A stretch of DNA of 64,000 nt, taken from positions 5,020-69,019 of the forward strand of contig JASFRN010000001.1 of assembly GCA_050114915.1 (NCBI GenBank), in the 5' to 3' direction. This stretch comes from Gemmatimonadales bacterium. Its GTDB lineage: Bacteria; Gemmatimonadota; Gemmatimonadetes; Palauibacterales; Palauibacteraceae. Below, in pieces: positions 12,749 to 22,811 of this stretch (within the stretch, counting starts at the first letter, position 1; every line of letters starts with the position of its first letter). The notes under the pieces are model-generated. The model made no database searches and was not told where the DNA came from. It worked only from the letters and a program-made list of their open reading frames with translations. A program made the translations under genes and the position numbers.

Positions 12749-13229
12749 CCTCGGATCCGGACCGCGGCCGTTCGAGCAGGATCTGCACCCACACCCCGCC
12801 GCGCTCGCCGATCGCCTCGTCCGTGAAGGCGCAGTCGTCGAGGTTCAGGCGGTGCGGCGGGCTGTCGCGCCACAGCTCGAACGCCGCGGACGCCCCGGCC
12901 TGGGTCAACGCGATGTTCTCTGCCGTCTTCCGGGCGCGGATCCCCGCTTCGCGGAGCTCGTCGAACACGTCGTGACCGTCGGGCGTCACGTGATCGAAGT
13001 AACGGCGCTCGATCATGTCCGCGGCGCGGTGCTCGGCCACGGCGGCCGCGGGCGCGTACCAGTCGAGCGGCGGGCAGCCGTAGTTGCGGCGGTGCCGGTT
13101 GACGAGCTCGTGCAGGCGGGCTTCGGCCCCGGTCGGGGCCGCATCCTGGGCGGGAGACGTCGCCGGAAGGAAGAGGAGCAGCAGGACCGCCGCCAGCCTT
13201 TCGCCGGAACCTCTCCCTCGTCGTCGCAT
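12717..13229 (-). CDS. secreted CAP/SCP/PR1-like domain protein
   Basis: The ATG at 13229 opens a signal peptide, MRRRGRGSGERLAAVLLLLFLPATSPAQD. CAP motifs follow (HELVNRHR...GENIA...WRDSPPHRLNL). It overlaps the tenA 3' end convergently. Confidence 0.65.
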   Translation of the reverse strand: MRRRGRGSGERLAAVLLLLFLPATSPAQDAAPTGAEARLHELVNRHRRNYGCPPLDWYAPAAAVAEHRAADMIERRYFDHVTPDGHDVFDELREAGIRARKTAENIALTQAGASAAFELWRDSPPHRLNLDDCAFTDEAIGERGGVWVQILLERPRSGSEVSPPAASPGH

Positions 13230-13334
13230 GTTCCCCCAGCGAGTAACTATATTCCCGGAGTCGGCCGCACGGGCCGGCTCTGCAAGACCACCCCGGAGCG
13301 GGTCGCGGGATCCGCACAGTCCGAAGGAGACCGG

Positions 13335-13931
13335 ATGACAGCGCGCCGTATCTTCGCCGCACTCCTCGTAGCCGCCGGGCTGGCGGGCGCTCCGTCCGCG
13401 GCGGCCCAGGTGGCCGACGTGGCCCCCGAGCCGCTGGCCGTGGGGACGAAGGCGCCGGACTTCACCCTGGTGGGTGCCGACGCCGACGGGGTGCTCTCCG
13501 ATTCGATCCGACCCACCGACTTTCGGGGACATACCCTGGTGATCGCGTTCTTTTTTCGGGCGCGATCCAGCGGGTGAACGGTGCAAATGGAAGCGTACCG
13601 TGATCAGTACGCCAGCATCTTCAACAGCGGGAAAGACGTAACGCTTCTCGCGATCAGCACCGACGATCCCGAGACGCTGCACGACTGGGCGGACGACGCC
13701 GATTTTCCGTTCGTGTTCGCCAGCGATCCCGGGGCGAAGGTCGGACAGCGCTACGGCGCGTTCCGGCAGCTCGCCGATGGGAAGTTCCAGGACAACCGGA
13801 CGGTGTTCGTAATCGATCCGGACGGCGTTATCCGCTACGTGGCGGCTCCGTTCCGGGAGATCGACCCGACGGCGTACCGGCAGCTCGAGGCCGCGATCGA
13901 CGACGTGGCGGCGCAGCGGACGCCGGAGTAG
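13335..13931 (+). CDS. secreted PrxQ/Bcp-type peroxiredoxin with in-frame TGA (13575..13577) at the peroxidatic Cys position, candidate selenoprotein
   Basis: GAAGGAGA RBS then ATG at 13335. Signal peptide MTARRIFAALLVAAGLAGAPSAAAQ. The two track ORFs (ending 13577 and starting 13581) are in the same frame, separated only by TGA. Joined, they read FFFRARSSG-U-TVQMEAYRD...LLAISTDD, which aligns with E. coli Bcp YFYPKAMTPG-C-TVQACGLRD...VLGISTDK. Confidence 0.65.
13593..13612 (+). promoter_or_regulatory. SECIS-like hairpin downstream of the in-frame UGA (GCGUAC-CGUGAUCA-GUACGC)
   Basis: A perfect 6-bp stem with an 8-nt loop begins 15 nt after the TGA. This is the expected position for a bacterial SECIS element. 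Confidence 0.35.
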
Positions 13932-13934
13932 CCC

Positions 13935-14480
13935 TCAGGACGGTTCTTCGAGGACCCTCGCGAGCGCCCCGAGCACGTCCTGCTCGGTGTCGACCCCCGT
14001 GTACGCGACCTTCCCGGCCGCGTCGAGGATGACGATGTAGGACGTCGTCGGGGCCATGAACCGCCGGGTCGCTTCACCGTCGGCGTCCCACAGCATCGGG
14101 TAGGGAAGGGGATGCATCGCGAGGTGCTCCCGAACCCGCTTCGGGTCCTGGCCGACCGCGACCGCGATCCCGTAGAAGTCGACGCGGTCGCCGAAGCGCT
14201 TCTTCGCCTCGGCCATCTGCGGCTCGAGCGCCTTGCACTTGGGGCACCAGGTCGCCCAGAACTCCAGGACGACGGGGCGCTTCCCGAACGAATTCGCCAG
14301 GTTCACGGATCCGCCGTCGATCGCCTCGAGGGTGAGCGGGGCCGGCGTGGCGCCACGTTCGATGCCGATTCGGGTCTGCGTGAGCGCGGTCCGCGGGAAC
14401 GCGGCGCCGAGCAGAAACAGCCCGACGATCGCCCATCGATGGTTTGCCCATCCGTGCGTCGCGCGGTGTCGAATCCCCAC
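13935..14480 (-). CDS. TlpA/ResA-like thiol:disulfide oxidoreductase (thioredoxin fold, membrane anchored)
   Basis: EFWATWCPKCK active site. The GTG start at 14480 is preceded by GGGGAG and lies 20 nt after the ccdA stop. No in-frame ATG fits. The 444-aa track ORF extends upstream as junk overlapping ccdA. Confidence 0.65.
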   Translation of the reverse strand: MGIRHRATHGWANHRWAIVGLFLLGAAFPRTALTQTRIGIERGATPAPLTLEAIDGGSVNLANSFGKRPVVLEFWATWCPKCKALEPQMAEAKKRFGDRVDFYGIAVAVGQDPKRVREHLAMHPLPYPMLWDADGEATRRFMAPTTSYIVILDAAGKVAYTGVDTEQDVLGALARVLEEPS

Positions 14481-14500
14481 CTGTCTCCCCGTTCGCGGGT

Positions 14501-15208
14501 TCAGCGGACCTGCCAGGCTCCGTAGAAGTAGTACGCCGCCATCGCCAGCAGGATCAGCCCGCCCAGCCATTTGATCCGGACGGTCCACGGTCCCGGCTTC
14601 GGCAGCCGTCCAGCGAGGCCGCTGACCAGCCCCACGGCGGCGAGCAGCGCCGTCATTCCCAACGAAAACACGAACAGGTAGAGAAAGCCGAGGGTTCCGC
14701 TGCCCGTCGTCGAAACGAACGTCAGCACCGCCGCGAACGCGGGCGCCCCGCAGGGCGCCGCGACGAGGCCCGAGCTCGCGCCGAGGAGGAAGACGGCCGG
14801 GACCGATCCCCCCTTCAGCCCGGCGACGCGGTCGAGCAGGCGACGCGGGACGGGGACCGGCAGGACGTCGAGCATCGCGAGCCCGAACCCGGTGAGCAGG
14901 ACCGCGATCAGCCCCCGACTCCACCAGCTGGCCGAGATGGTGCCGAACAGGGAGCCCGTGAGGCCGGCGATCAGGCCGGCCGTGGCATACAGGGCGGCCA
15001 GGCCGGTCACGTAGGCCGCCGTCAGCGCGGCCACCCGCCCGCGGCTGGCGTTGGCGCCGCTGCTCCCGCCGATGATCCCCGCCGTGATCGGGATCATCGG
15101 GTACACGCACGGCGTCAGGCTCGTGAGCACCCCCCCGGCGAACAGGAGCACGACCGCGAGGAGCGGATCGTGCTGCAGCGCGTCGCCGAGGCTCTGGAAG
15201 TCGGGCAT
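14501..15208 (-). CDS. ccdA: cytochrome c-type biogenesis / thiol-disulfide transporter CcdA (DsbD transmembrane domain)
   Basis: MPDFQSLGD...LTPCVYPMIP...APCGAPAF conserved Cys pair within a polytopic membrane protein. The start is the ATG at 15208 inside the 14501..15271 ORF. Confidence 0.75.
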   Translation of the reverse strand: MPDFQSLGDALQHDPLLAVVLLFAGGVLTSLTPCVYPMIPITAGIIGGSSGANASRGRVAALTAAYVTGLAALYATAGLIAGLTGSLFGTISASWWSRGLIAVLLTGFGLAMLDVLPVPVPRRLLDRVAGLKGGSVPAVFLLGASSGLVAAPCGAPAFAAVLTFVSTTGSGTLGFLYLFVFSLGMTALLAAVGLVSGLAGRLPKPGPWTVRIKWLGGLILLAMAAYYFYGAWQVR

Positions 15209-15343
15209 GGTGGGAACAACGTGCGCGGAGCGGGGGTGGTTCCGGGAGGGGGCGGGCCGGTCGGCCCACATCGGCCCTGCGACGTCGGCCTCCCGTTCCT
15301 ATCTTGTCGAACTGCCCGCTCCCTCAGCCCCGGGGGTCAAGAG

Positions 15344-15523
15344 ATGCCCGCCAACGAGCTGCTCGTCACGCTGAGCCTGGCGCTCGGCGTCGGCTGTGCG
15401 ATCCTGTTCTGGGCACGTGGGGTGAAGATCGCCGGCAGCCGCACGATCGCGGTCGTCGTGGCGCTCGTCCTGGGGCCGTTCTCGCTGCCGCTGCTCTACT
15501 TGTTGCCGGGGGCGCGCCGCTGA
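15344..15523 (+). CDS. small two-TM membrane protein, PLDc_N-like
   Basis: MPANELLVTLSLALGVGCAILFWARGVKIAGSRTIAVVVALVLGPFSLPLLYLLPGARR. Two hydrophobic helices with GC3-rich codon use. It is the tail of the otherwise antisense 14444..15523 ORF. Confidence 0.35.
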   Translation: MPANELLVTLSLALGVGCAILFWARGVKIAGSRTIAVVVALVLGPFSLPLLYLLPGARR

Positions 15524-15541
15524 CGTGGCTGGTTGCCCGGC

Positions 15542-16876
15542 CTACACCCGCGGCCACGCGAACCAGTAGCGCCACCCGAGCGTCAGGGCGCGCACCGCCA
15601 TCAGGGTCGTCATCCCCCACCACACGCCGACGAGTCCCCAGCCCATCGGCAGCACCAGCAGGAGCACGGCCATGGCGGCGAGGCCCGACAGCACCATCTG
15701 CACGGCCAGGAACCGGAAGTCCTCGGCCCCCAGAAAGACGCCGTCCCAAACGAACACGACGGCGTTGAGGGGCTGCATGAAGACCACGAACGGGTAGACC
15801 ACGAGTATCGTGGCGATCACCTCCGGCTCGTTCGTGAACAGGCCGGGCAGGACGGGCGCGAGCGCGAGGAATAGGGCGGCCAGCCCGACCCCGATCCGCA
15901 GCCCCCAGCCGAGGAGGCGGTTCGAGGCGTCCCGGGCGGCACGCGGATCGCCGGCGCCGCGGTAGCGCGCCACGAGCGCCTGGCCGGCCACGGCGAGCGC
16001 GTCGACGACCAGGGCGAGCAGGAGCCAGATCTGGGTGACCACCTGGTGGGCGGCGACCTGCACCGTGCCGATACGCGTCGCGACGGCGGTCGCGAGGGTC
16101 ATCGTGCCGATGAGCGCGAAGGTCCGCAGGGCGAGCGCACCGCCAATTCGCAGGAAGGGCACGAGCTCGTGCAGTCGGGGGAGCGCGATCGTGATGCCCA
16201 GCTCTTCCCGCTTGCGGCGGAGCAGGAGATCGAGGAACCACAGGGCGCCGGCCCACTGCGCCACGGCCGTGGCGATCGCGGCGCCGGCCAGTCCCATCCC
16301 GAGCCCGAAGATGAGCAGCGGATCGAGGACGAGGTTCACGACGTTGAGGCCGAGGGTCACGATCAGCGGGGTGCGGGTGTCGAGATAGCCCCGGAAGATG
16401 CCGTGGCCGGCCGTCACGACGAGCACGGCCGGGGCCGCGAGCGCCCTGATCCGCAAGTAGACGAGCGCCGGCTCGCGGAGCTCGCCGGCCGCGCCCATCA
16501 GGGTGACGATCGGCCCCCCGAAGCCCACGAGCAAGAGCGTCGCGACCGGGCCCGCGAGGGCGGCCACCGCCAGCGCCTGGATCACCGTCCGTCCGGCGCC
16601 CTCGTGGTCCCCGCGACCGCCGGCCCGCGCGACCATCGGCGTCGTGCCGTACTCGAGCACGTTGAACAGCACGAAGGCGAGCGAGAAGATCGCCGCGTTC
16701 ACGCCCAGCGCGGCGAGCGGCACGACGCCGAGCCGGCCGACGAAGATTGTGTCGACGATCGACACGAGCGGATCGGCGGCCAGCGCCCCCAGGGCGGGGA
16801 GGGCGAGCCGCGCGATGTCGCGGTCGTGCTCTCGGGCTGTGCGGGGAGCCACGGGCCTCCGGTGGATCGGGTTCAC
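15542..16876 (-). CDS. MATE family efflux transporter
   Basis: A 444-aa, 12-TM protein with a MATE-type sequence pattern. Confidence 0.8.
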   Translation of the reverse strand: MNPIHRRPVAPRTAREHDRDIARLALPALGALAADPLVSIVDTIFVGRLGVVPLAALGVNAAIFSLAFVLFNVLEYGTTPMVARAGGRGDHEGAGRTVIQALAVAALAGPVATLLLVGFGGPIVTLMGAAGELREPALVYLRIRALAAPAVLVVTAGHGIFRGYLDTRTPLIVTLGLNVVNLVLDPLLIFGLGMGLAGAAIATAVAQWAGALWFLDLLLRRKREELGITIALPRLHELVPFLRIGGALALRTFALIGTMTLATAVATRIGTVQVAAHQVVTQIWLLLALVVDALAVAGQALVARYRGAGDPRAARDASNRLLGWGLRIGVGLAALFLALAPVLPGLFTNEPEVIATILVVYPFVVFMQPLNAVVFVWDGVFLGAEDFRFLAVQMVLSGLAAMAVLLLVLPMGWGLVGVWWGMTTLMAVRALTLGWRYWFAWPRV

Positions 16877-16995
16877 GCTCGCGGGTCGGCGGCGGGCGGC
16901 AAGATGCGCGTCGGGCGCCGCCCCGCCAAGCGGGCGCCCTCCCGGCCTGCCCGGAGGGCTACTAGGTTGCCGCCGACTCGAGCCGACGAGGTCCG

Positions 16996-17673
16996 ATGAG
17001 CCACATATCCGCCGAGCTGTTCGGTTATCTGCGCGAGCTGCGCACCAACAACGAGCGCTCGTGGTTCGAGGCGAACCGCGAGCGCTACGAGACCGCGGTC
17101 CGGGAGCCGCTGTTGCGCTTCGTGCGCGATTTCGAGACGCCGCTGTCGGAGATCAGCCCGTCGATGCTCGCGATCGCGAAGAAGCGGGGCGGATCGCTGT
17201 TCCGCATCCACCGCGACGTCCGCTTCTCGCGAGACAAGAGTCCTTACAAGACGTGGGCGGCGTTGCAGTTCCGGCACGAGGACGGCCGGGACGTGCATGC
17301 GCCCGGCTTCTACCTGCACCTCGCGCCGGGCGAGGTGTTCGCGGGCGCTGGCGTGTGGCGTCCCGGGCGGCGGGAGCTGGGCGCGATCCGCGACCGGATC
17401 GTCGAGCGGCCGGACGCCTGGCGGACTGTCCGCGACACCGTGAGCGGGCGGGGCTGGACGCTGGCGGGCGACAGCCTGAAGCGGGGTCCACGGGGCTACG
17501 ACCGCGAGCACCCGCTGATCGAGGATTTGTGCCGGAAGGACTTCGTCGTTACTCGACCGCTGACCGAGGACGAGGTGACGCGTCCCGGCTTCCTCGGCGA
17601 CTTTGCCGCCATGTGCGCGCAGACCGTGCCGCTGATGCGGTTCCTCGCGCGCGCCGTCGACCTGGAGTTCTGA
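16996..17673 (+). CDS. DUF2461 / TIGR02453 family protein
   Basis: MSHISAELFGYLRELRTNNERSWFEANRERYE... is the characteristic N-terminus of this family. Confidence 0.7.
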   Translation: MSHISAELFGYLRELRTNNERSWFEANRERYETAVREPLLRFVRDFETPLSEISPSMLAIAKKRGGSLFRIHRDVRFSRDKSPYKTWAALQFRHEDGRDVHAPGFYLHLAPGEVFAGAGVWRPGRRELGAIRDRIVERPDAWRTVRDTVSGRGWTLAGDSLKRGPRGYDREHPLIEDLCRKDFVVTRPLTEDEVTRPGFLGDFAAMCAQTVPLMRFLARAVDLEF

Positions 17674-17674
17674 G

Positions 17675-18286
17675 ATGTGGAACGAGTACCTGCCCGACGA
17701 GCTCGACGCCCGGACCCGCTACCAGCTGCTCACGTCGCTCGTCGTGCCCCGGCCGATCGGCTGGCTCGGCACCCGATCGTGTGAGCGCGGTGACAATCTC
17801 GCCCCGTTCAGCTACTTCGCGGCGGTTTCGGCGTCGCCGATGCTCGTGAGCGTGTCGATCGGACACCGGCTCGACCGGCCCAAGGATTCGCTCGCGAACA
17901 TCCGGGAGACCGGCGCGTTCACCGTCAACGTGGTCGACGTCGCGCACCTCGACGCGATGAACACGACCTCCGCGCGCGCTGCGCACGGGGTCGACGAATT
18001 CGACCTCGCGGGCCTCGCGAAGGCGGAGGCGACGGAGATCGACGCGCCGTATGTTGCGGACGCGCCGGCAGTGTTCGAGTGTCGGCTCGAGCGCGAGGTC
18101 GACCTCGGCGAGGCGCCGAACACACTCGTGCTCGGACGGGTGGTCGCACTTCGGGTGCGCGCCGCCCTCGGACGGCTGCCGGGTACGGAGTTCGTCGACA
18201 CGACGGAGTTGCGGCCCGTCGGACGACTGTGGGGCCCGGCCTACATGCTGCCGGGGGAGATCGTGACGAAGGAGCGCCCCGATTGA
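17675..18286 (+). CDS. flavin reductase-like FMN-binding split-barrel protein
   Basis: PRPIGWLGTRSCERGDNLAPFSYFAAVSASPMLVSVSI is a flavin-reductase domain pattern. The stop/start junction with the upstream gene is ATGA-like. Confidence 0.7.
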   Translation: MWNEYLPDELDARTRYQLLTSLVVPRPIGWLGTRSCERGDNLAPFSYFAAVSASPMLVSVSIGHRLDRPKDSLANIRETGAFTVNVVDVAHLDAMNTTSARAAHGVDEFDLAGLAKAEATEIDAPYVADAPAVFECRLEREVDLGEAPNTLVLGRVVALRVRAALGRLPGTEFVDTTELRPVGRLWGPAYMLPGEIVTKERPD

Positions 18287-18308
18287 ACGATAGGAGAGAG
18301 GGATACGC

Positions 18309-18839
18309 ATGAGTTCTCGAAAGCGCTGGATCCTGCTCGGAGCGCTGGCGGTGGCGCCGATGGCGGCCGCCTGCGGCAACGATTCGAACGCGGCGCAGGA
18401 GGCCCGGCCCGACGACGCGGCGCCCGTGTCCGTAGCCGCCACGATGGAGGCGGCCGACGTCTCGCTGCCCAAGGTGACCGTGTACAAATCGCCCACCTGC
18501 GGGTGCTGCGAAGACTGGGTCGAGCACATGCGGCAGGCCGGATTCGAGGTCGAGACCCACGACATGAACGACCTGTCGGGGATCAAGGCCGATCTCGGCG
18601 TGCAGCCGAAGCACCAGTCCTGCCACACGGCGACGGTGGGGGATTACGTGGTCGAGGGTCACGTACCCGCCGACCTGATCAAGAAAATGCTCGACGAGAA
18701 GCCGCAGATCGCCGGACTCGCGGTGCCTGGTATGCCGCGCGGCTCACCGGGCATGGAGATGCCGAACGGGGCGAAGGACGCCTACGACGTGGTCGCGTTT
18801 ACGGCGGACGGCAGCAGCTCGGTCTACGCCCACCGCTAG
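18309..18839 (+). CDS. DUF411 metal-binding lipoprotein (CopG-like)
   Basis: Lipobox LGALAVAPMAAAC, then VYKSPTCGCCEDW...SCHTATVGDYVVEGHVPA...GLAVPGMPRGSPGM, which are DUF411 motifs. Confidence 0.7.
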   Translation: MSSRKRWILLGALAVAPMAAACGNDSNAAQEARPDDAAPVSVAATMEAADVSLPKVTVYKSPTCGCCEDWVEHMRQAGFEVETHDMNDLSGIKADLGVQPKHQSCHTATVGDYVVEGHVPADLIKKMLDEKPQIAGLAVPGMPRGSPGMEMPNGAKDAYDVVAFTADGSSSVYAHR

Positions 18840-18845
18840 GCGGGG

Positions 18846-19325
18846 TCAGGTTCGGGCGCGATCGAGCTCGAACGACTCGAGAATGCGGCGGTTCGTGGCG
18901 TTCAGCGGACCGTCGCTCCGAAACTCCAGCCCCAGCTCGCGTCCCCGCCAGGGGATGACGAAAGAGACCATCCGGCTGCAGAAGGGCCCGTCGCAGTGGC
19001 GATACTCGTAGCGCCGGCCTTCGACGCCGCCGAGCTTCGCCGGGCCCACGGATGACTCGCCGAACCACAGGCCGCGATGCGCCGCCTCCTCGGCGGTCGT
19101 CCAGTAGGCCTTCACCGGCACGCCGCGCTTCCAGCGGAAGAGCACGGCGTTACCGGAACCCTCCTCGTCCGGCGCGTAGACGTCGGGGACCTCCATCGTG
19201 AAACCCGCGGCATGGTTCGTGTAGCTCTCCCAGCCGAACGTGCCGGCCTCGGGTCCGGGCGCCGCGCACGAGGTGCACGCGGCGGCAAGCAGCAGAGCGG
19301 CGGCGTGGGCCGCGTTCTTCGTCAT
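18846..19325 (-). CDS. hypothetical lipoprotein
   Basis: N-terminal signal/lipobox MTKNAAHAAALLLAAACTSC. The codon bias is coherent. No known domain recognised. Confidence 0.5.
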   Translation of the reverse strand: MTKNAAHAAALLLAAACTSCAAPGPEAGTFGWESYTNHAAGFTMEVPDVYAPDEEGSGNAVLFRWKRGVPVKAYWTTAEEAAHRGLWFGESSVGPAKLGGVEGRRYEYRHCDGPFCSRMVSFVIPWRGRELGLEFRSDGPLNATNRRILESFELDRART

Positions 19326-19687
19326 TTCGAGGGTCCCTCCCGAGCCGTTCGGATGATCGCCTCGAGGTGCTCCAGGTAGCGGTCGAGCTCGGCCCGTCCC
19401 TGGACCGTCAGCTCGTACTCCGTGAGGGGAGTTCGCTCGACGAACGACTTGTGGACGACGAGATAGCCCGCGTCCTCCAGCTTCCGGGCGTGGGCGCTCA
19501 GGTTGCCGTCCGTGAGGCCGAGGGCGTCGCGCAGGTCAGTGAACGCCAGCCGTTCGTGCCCGGCGAGGGCGCTCACGATCCCCAGCCGCGTACGCTCGTG
19601 GATGAGGGAATCGAGGGAGAGCGCCTCGGCCGCGTCGGAGGTCGGCTCGTGATCGCCCGCGTCGTGATGCCGCGCCGGGTCAGCCAT
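19322..19687 (-). CDS. winged-helix transcriptional regulator
   Basis: TRLGIVSALAGHERLAFTDLRDALGLTDGNLSAHARKLEDAGYLVV is a wHTH pattern. It overlaps the upstream membrane-protein gene by 8 nt. Confidence 0.55.
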   Translation of the reverse strand: MADPARHHDAGDHEPTSDAAEALSLDSLIHERTRLGIVSALAGHERLAFTDLRDALGLTDGNLSAHARKLEDAGYLVVHKSFVERTPLTEYELTVQGRAELDRYLEHLEAIIRTAREGPSK

Positions 19688-20258
19688 CGTGCCGCGCTCC
19701 GATCCAGGCGCCGAAGCCGATCTGCAGGATCCCGAATCCCAGCAGAAGCGCCACGCCGCCGAATTCCGGGAACAGGCCGGCCAGCGCGCCGAGTACGAGG
19801 AAACCGCCGCCCAGGAGGGGGAGGGCCGGGACGGAGAAAGCGCCCCCCGCCATGATCGCGGCGCCGTACAGCGACAGCCACGCGGCCGGCAGGGTGGCGG
19901 GGGCCGTTCGGACGAGCGTCCAGGTGACGATGACGCCGGCGACGACGACGGGCAGGAAGCACAGGGCGAACTTCCGGGCCGCGGCGCCCGACAGCGTCAC
20001 GCCGGTCCGCTCCGACTTCCACCACATCGCTCCGGCGCCGAGCGGACCCGCGATGGCCGCGGCCGACAGCCAGGTGAGTATCCAGGTCGGGCTGCCGAGC
20101 GGATCGCCCGCCGCGAGAAGGGCGGCGCCGGTGCCGACGACGCCCATCGCGACGCCACCCCAGCCGGAGACCGCGGTGAACCGGGTCGAACGCTCCATCG
20201 TGTGGCGGATGAAGCGGAGATTGTCCTCCGCCCTCGCGCCGAGGTCATGTTGTCTCAT
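19680..20258 (-). CDS. hypothetical polytopic membrane protein (co-transcribed with the wHTH regulator)
   Basis: Four to five hydrophobic helices. It overlaps the downstream regulator. Confidence 0.5.
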   Translation of the reverse strand: MRQHDLGARAEDNLRFIRHTMERSTRFTAVSGWGGVAMGVVGTGAALLAAGDPLGSPTWILTWLSAAAIAGPLGAGAMWWKSERTGVTLSGAAARKFALCFLPVVVAGVIVTWTLVRTAPATLPAAWLSLYGAAIMAGGAFSVPALPLLGGGFLVLGALAGLFPEFGGVALLLGFGILQIGFGAWIGARHDG

Positions 20259-20281
20259 GCCCGCAAGATGGCGCCCGGGAG

Positions 20282-20310
20282 TTGTGGTGTCAAGTACTTT
20301 GTGTTATAGA
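20282..20310 (+). promoter_or_regulatory. candidate sigma70-type promoter (TTGTGG-N17-TATAGA) upstream of the FMN reductase gene
   Basis: Read directly in a lower-GC intergenic patch. AGGAGG lies 6 nt before the GTG start at 20391. Confidence 0.3.
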
Positions 20311-20390
20311 GTGAACGACGATGTCGCTGTGCCCGTTGGAAGGATGGCAGCGAGCCGATCAACCCTGGACCTGGACCGGAAGGAGGCGGC

Positions 20391-20955
20391 GTGAGCGAGC
20401 GAAATCCACCATGGCAGGTGTGCGGGATCGCCGGAAGCCTGCGGAGCGGATCGTTCAACCGTGCGCTCCTGCGGGCCGCCAGGGAGCTGGCCCCGCCGGA
20501 GCTTGACATCGTGATTCTCGACACCCTGGCCGGCGTGCCGCTGTTCAATGCCGATGTCGAGGCGGAAGGCGATCCGGCGTCCGTGGTTCAGCTGAAAGAG
20601 GCGATCGCCGCCGCGGACGGCCTGCTCCTCGTCACCCCCGAGTACAACGCCGGCATCCCGGGCCCGATGAAGAACGCGGTGGACTGGGCCTCGCGCCGTC
20701 ACCGCGACGGCCCACCGGTTCTGAAGGGCAAGCCGACGGCGATCATGGGCGCCACCCCGGGGCGGCTGGCCACGGCGCGGGCCCAGGCGAACCTGCGCGT
20801 CTCGCTCGCGAACACCGGGGCGGTGGTCATGGACTCGCCGCAGGTCCACGTGATGCAGGCGCGCGAGCGGATCGTCGACGGAGAGCTCGTCGACGAGGAT
20901 TCGCAGCGCTTCGTGCGCAACATGCTCGAGGCGTTCGCCGCCTGGATCGCCCGGT

Positions 20956-20966
<11 letters not shown>
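20391..20966 (+). CDS. NADPH-dependent FMN reductase family protein
   Basis: [18 protein letters not shown]...[22 protein letters not shown] are NADPH-dependent FMN reductase motifs. GTG start with an AGGAGG RBS. Confidence 0.7.
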
Positions 20967-21968
<1,002 letters not shown>

Positions 21969-21972
<4 letters not shown>

Positions 21973-22811
21973 TGGTGCTCTCCTTCGGAGGTGGTCGTGG
22001 CGGCGGCGGGCTCCGCGCGCAGGGCGCGCAGGAACGCGGCCGGATCCTCACCCGCCGCCAGGCGCTCGATCAGGGCGCTGCCGACGATGACGCCGTCGAC
22101 GTCGGGGGCGAGATCGCGCACCTGCTCCGGCGACCGGATGCCGAAGCCGGCCAGGACCGGTCGCGGCGACAGTCGGCGCAGCTCGCGGAGGTAGGCGGAG
22201 GTGGCGGCCGGCACCTCGCCGGCGCCGGCGTTCGGATCGGCCGTGGCTCCCGTAGTGCCGGCACGGGTGACGGCGTAAAGGAAGCCGCGCGTCGCCTCCG
22301 CCAGGCGCTGACGGCGTCCCGGCGGCGTGAGCGGCGTCACGAGCTGCACGAGCCCGACCCCCGTCGGGGCGAGGGCGGCCCGCAGCGGTCCCGACTCCTC
22401 GTAGGGCAGGTCCGGCACGATGAACCCCGAGACGCCGGCCGCGGCGGCGTCCGCCGCCAGCTCGCGGCAGGAGCGGCCGAGCAGCGGGTTCAGGTAGCTC
22501 ATCAGGACGATCGGCGTCTCGAGGCGCAGGCTGTTCACGAGCTCGAGGATCCAGCCGAGCGTCACCCCGCCGGCGAGGGCGACGCGGCTCGCCTCCTGGA
22601 TCGTCACGCCGTCCGCCATCGGGTCGGAGAACGGGACGCCGAGCTCGATCACGTCCGCCACTTCGGCGACGCGCCGTACGACGTCGGCGAACCCGTCGCG
22701 CGAGGGAAACCCGGCGGTGAGGAACGCGGCGAGGGCGGGGCGCCCGGAGGCTCGCGCCGCGTGGATCGCCGTCTCGATCGCCGCCGCGCCCGGTCGGTCG
22801 TGGAGCATCAC
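21969..22811 (-). CDS. trpA: tryptophan synthase alpha subunit
   Basis: [11 protein letters not shown]...[14 protein letters not shown] are TrpA motifs. Confidence 0.85.

Noticed and set aside
14074-14451. 125-aa ORF starting MGKPSMGDRR
   Set aside because: It is an alternative frame of the tlpA-like gene with Arg/Gly-rich nonsense. The thioredoxin frame (WCPKCK) is the real one.
14444-15343. 5' portion of the 359-aa plus-strand ORF
   Set aside because: It is antisense to ccdA. Only the last 59 codons (15344..15523) look like a plausible small membrane protein.
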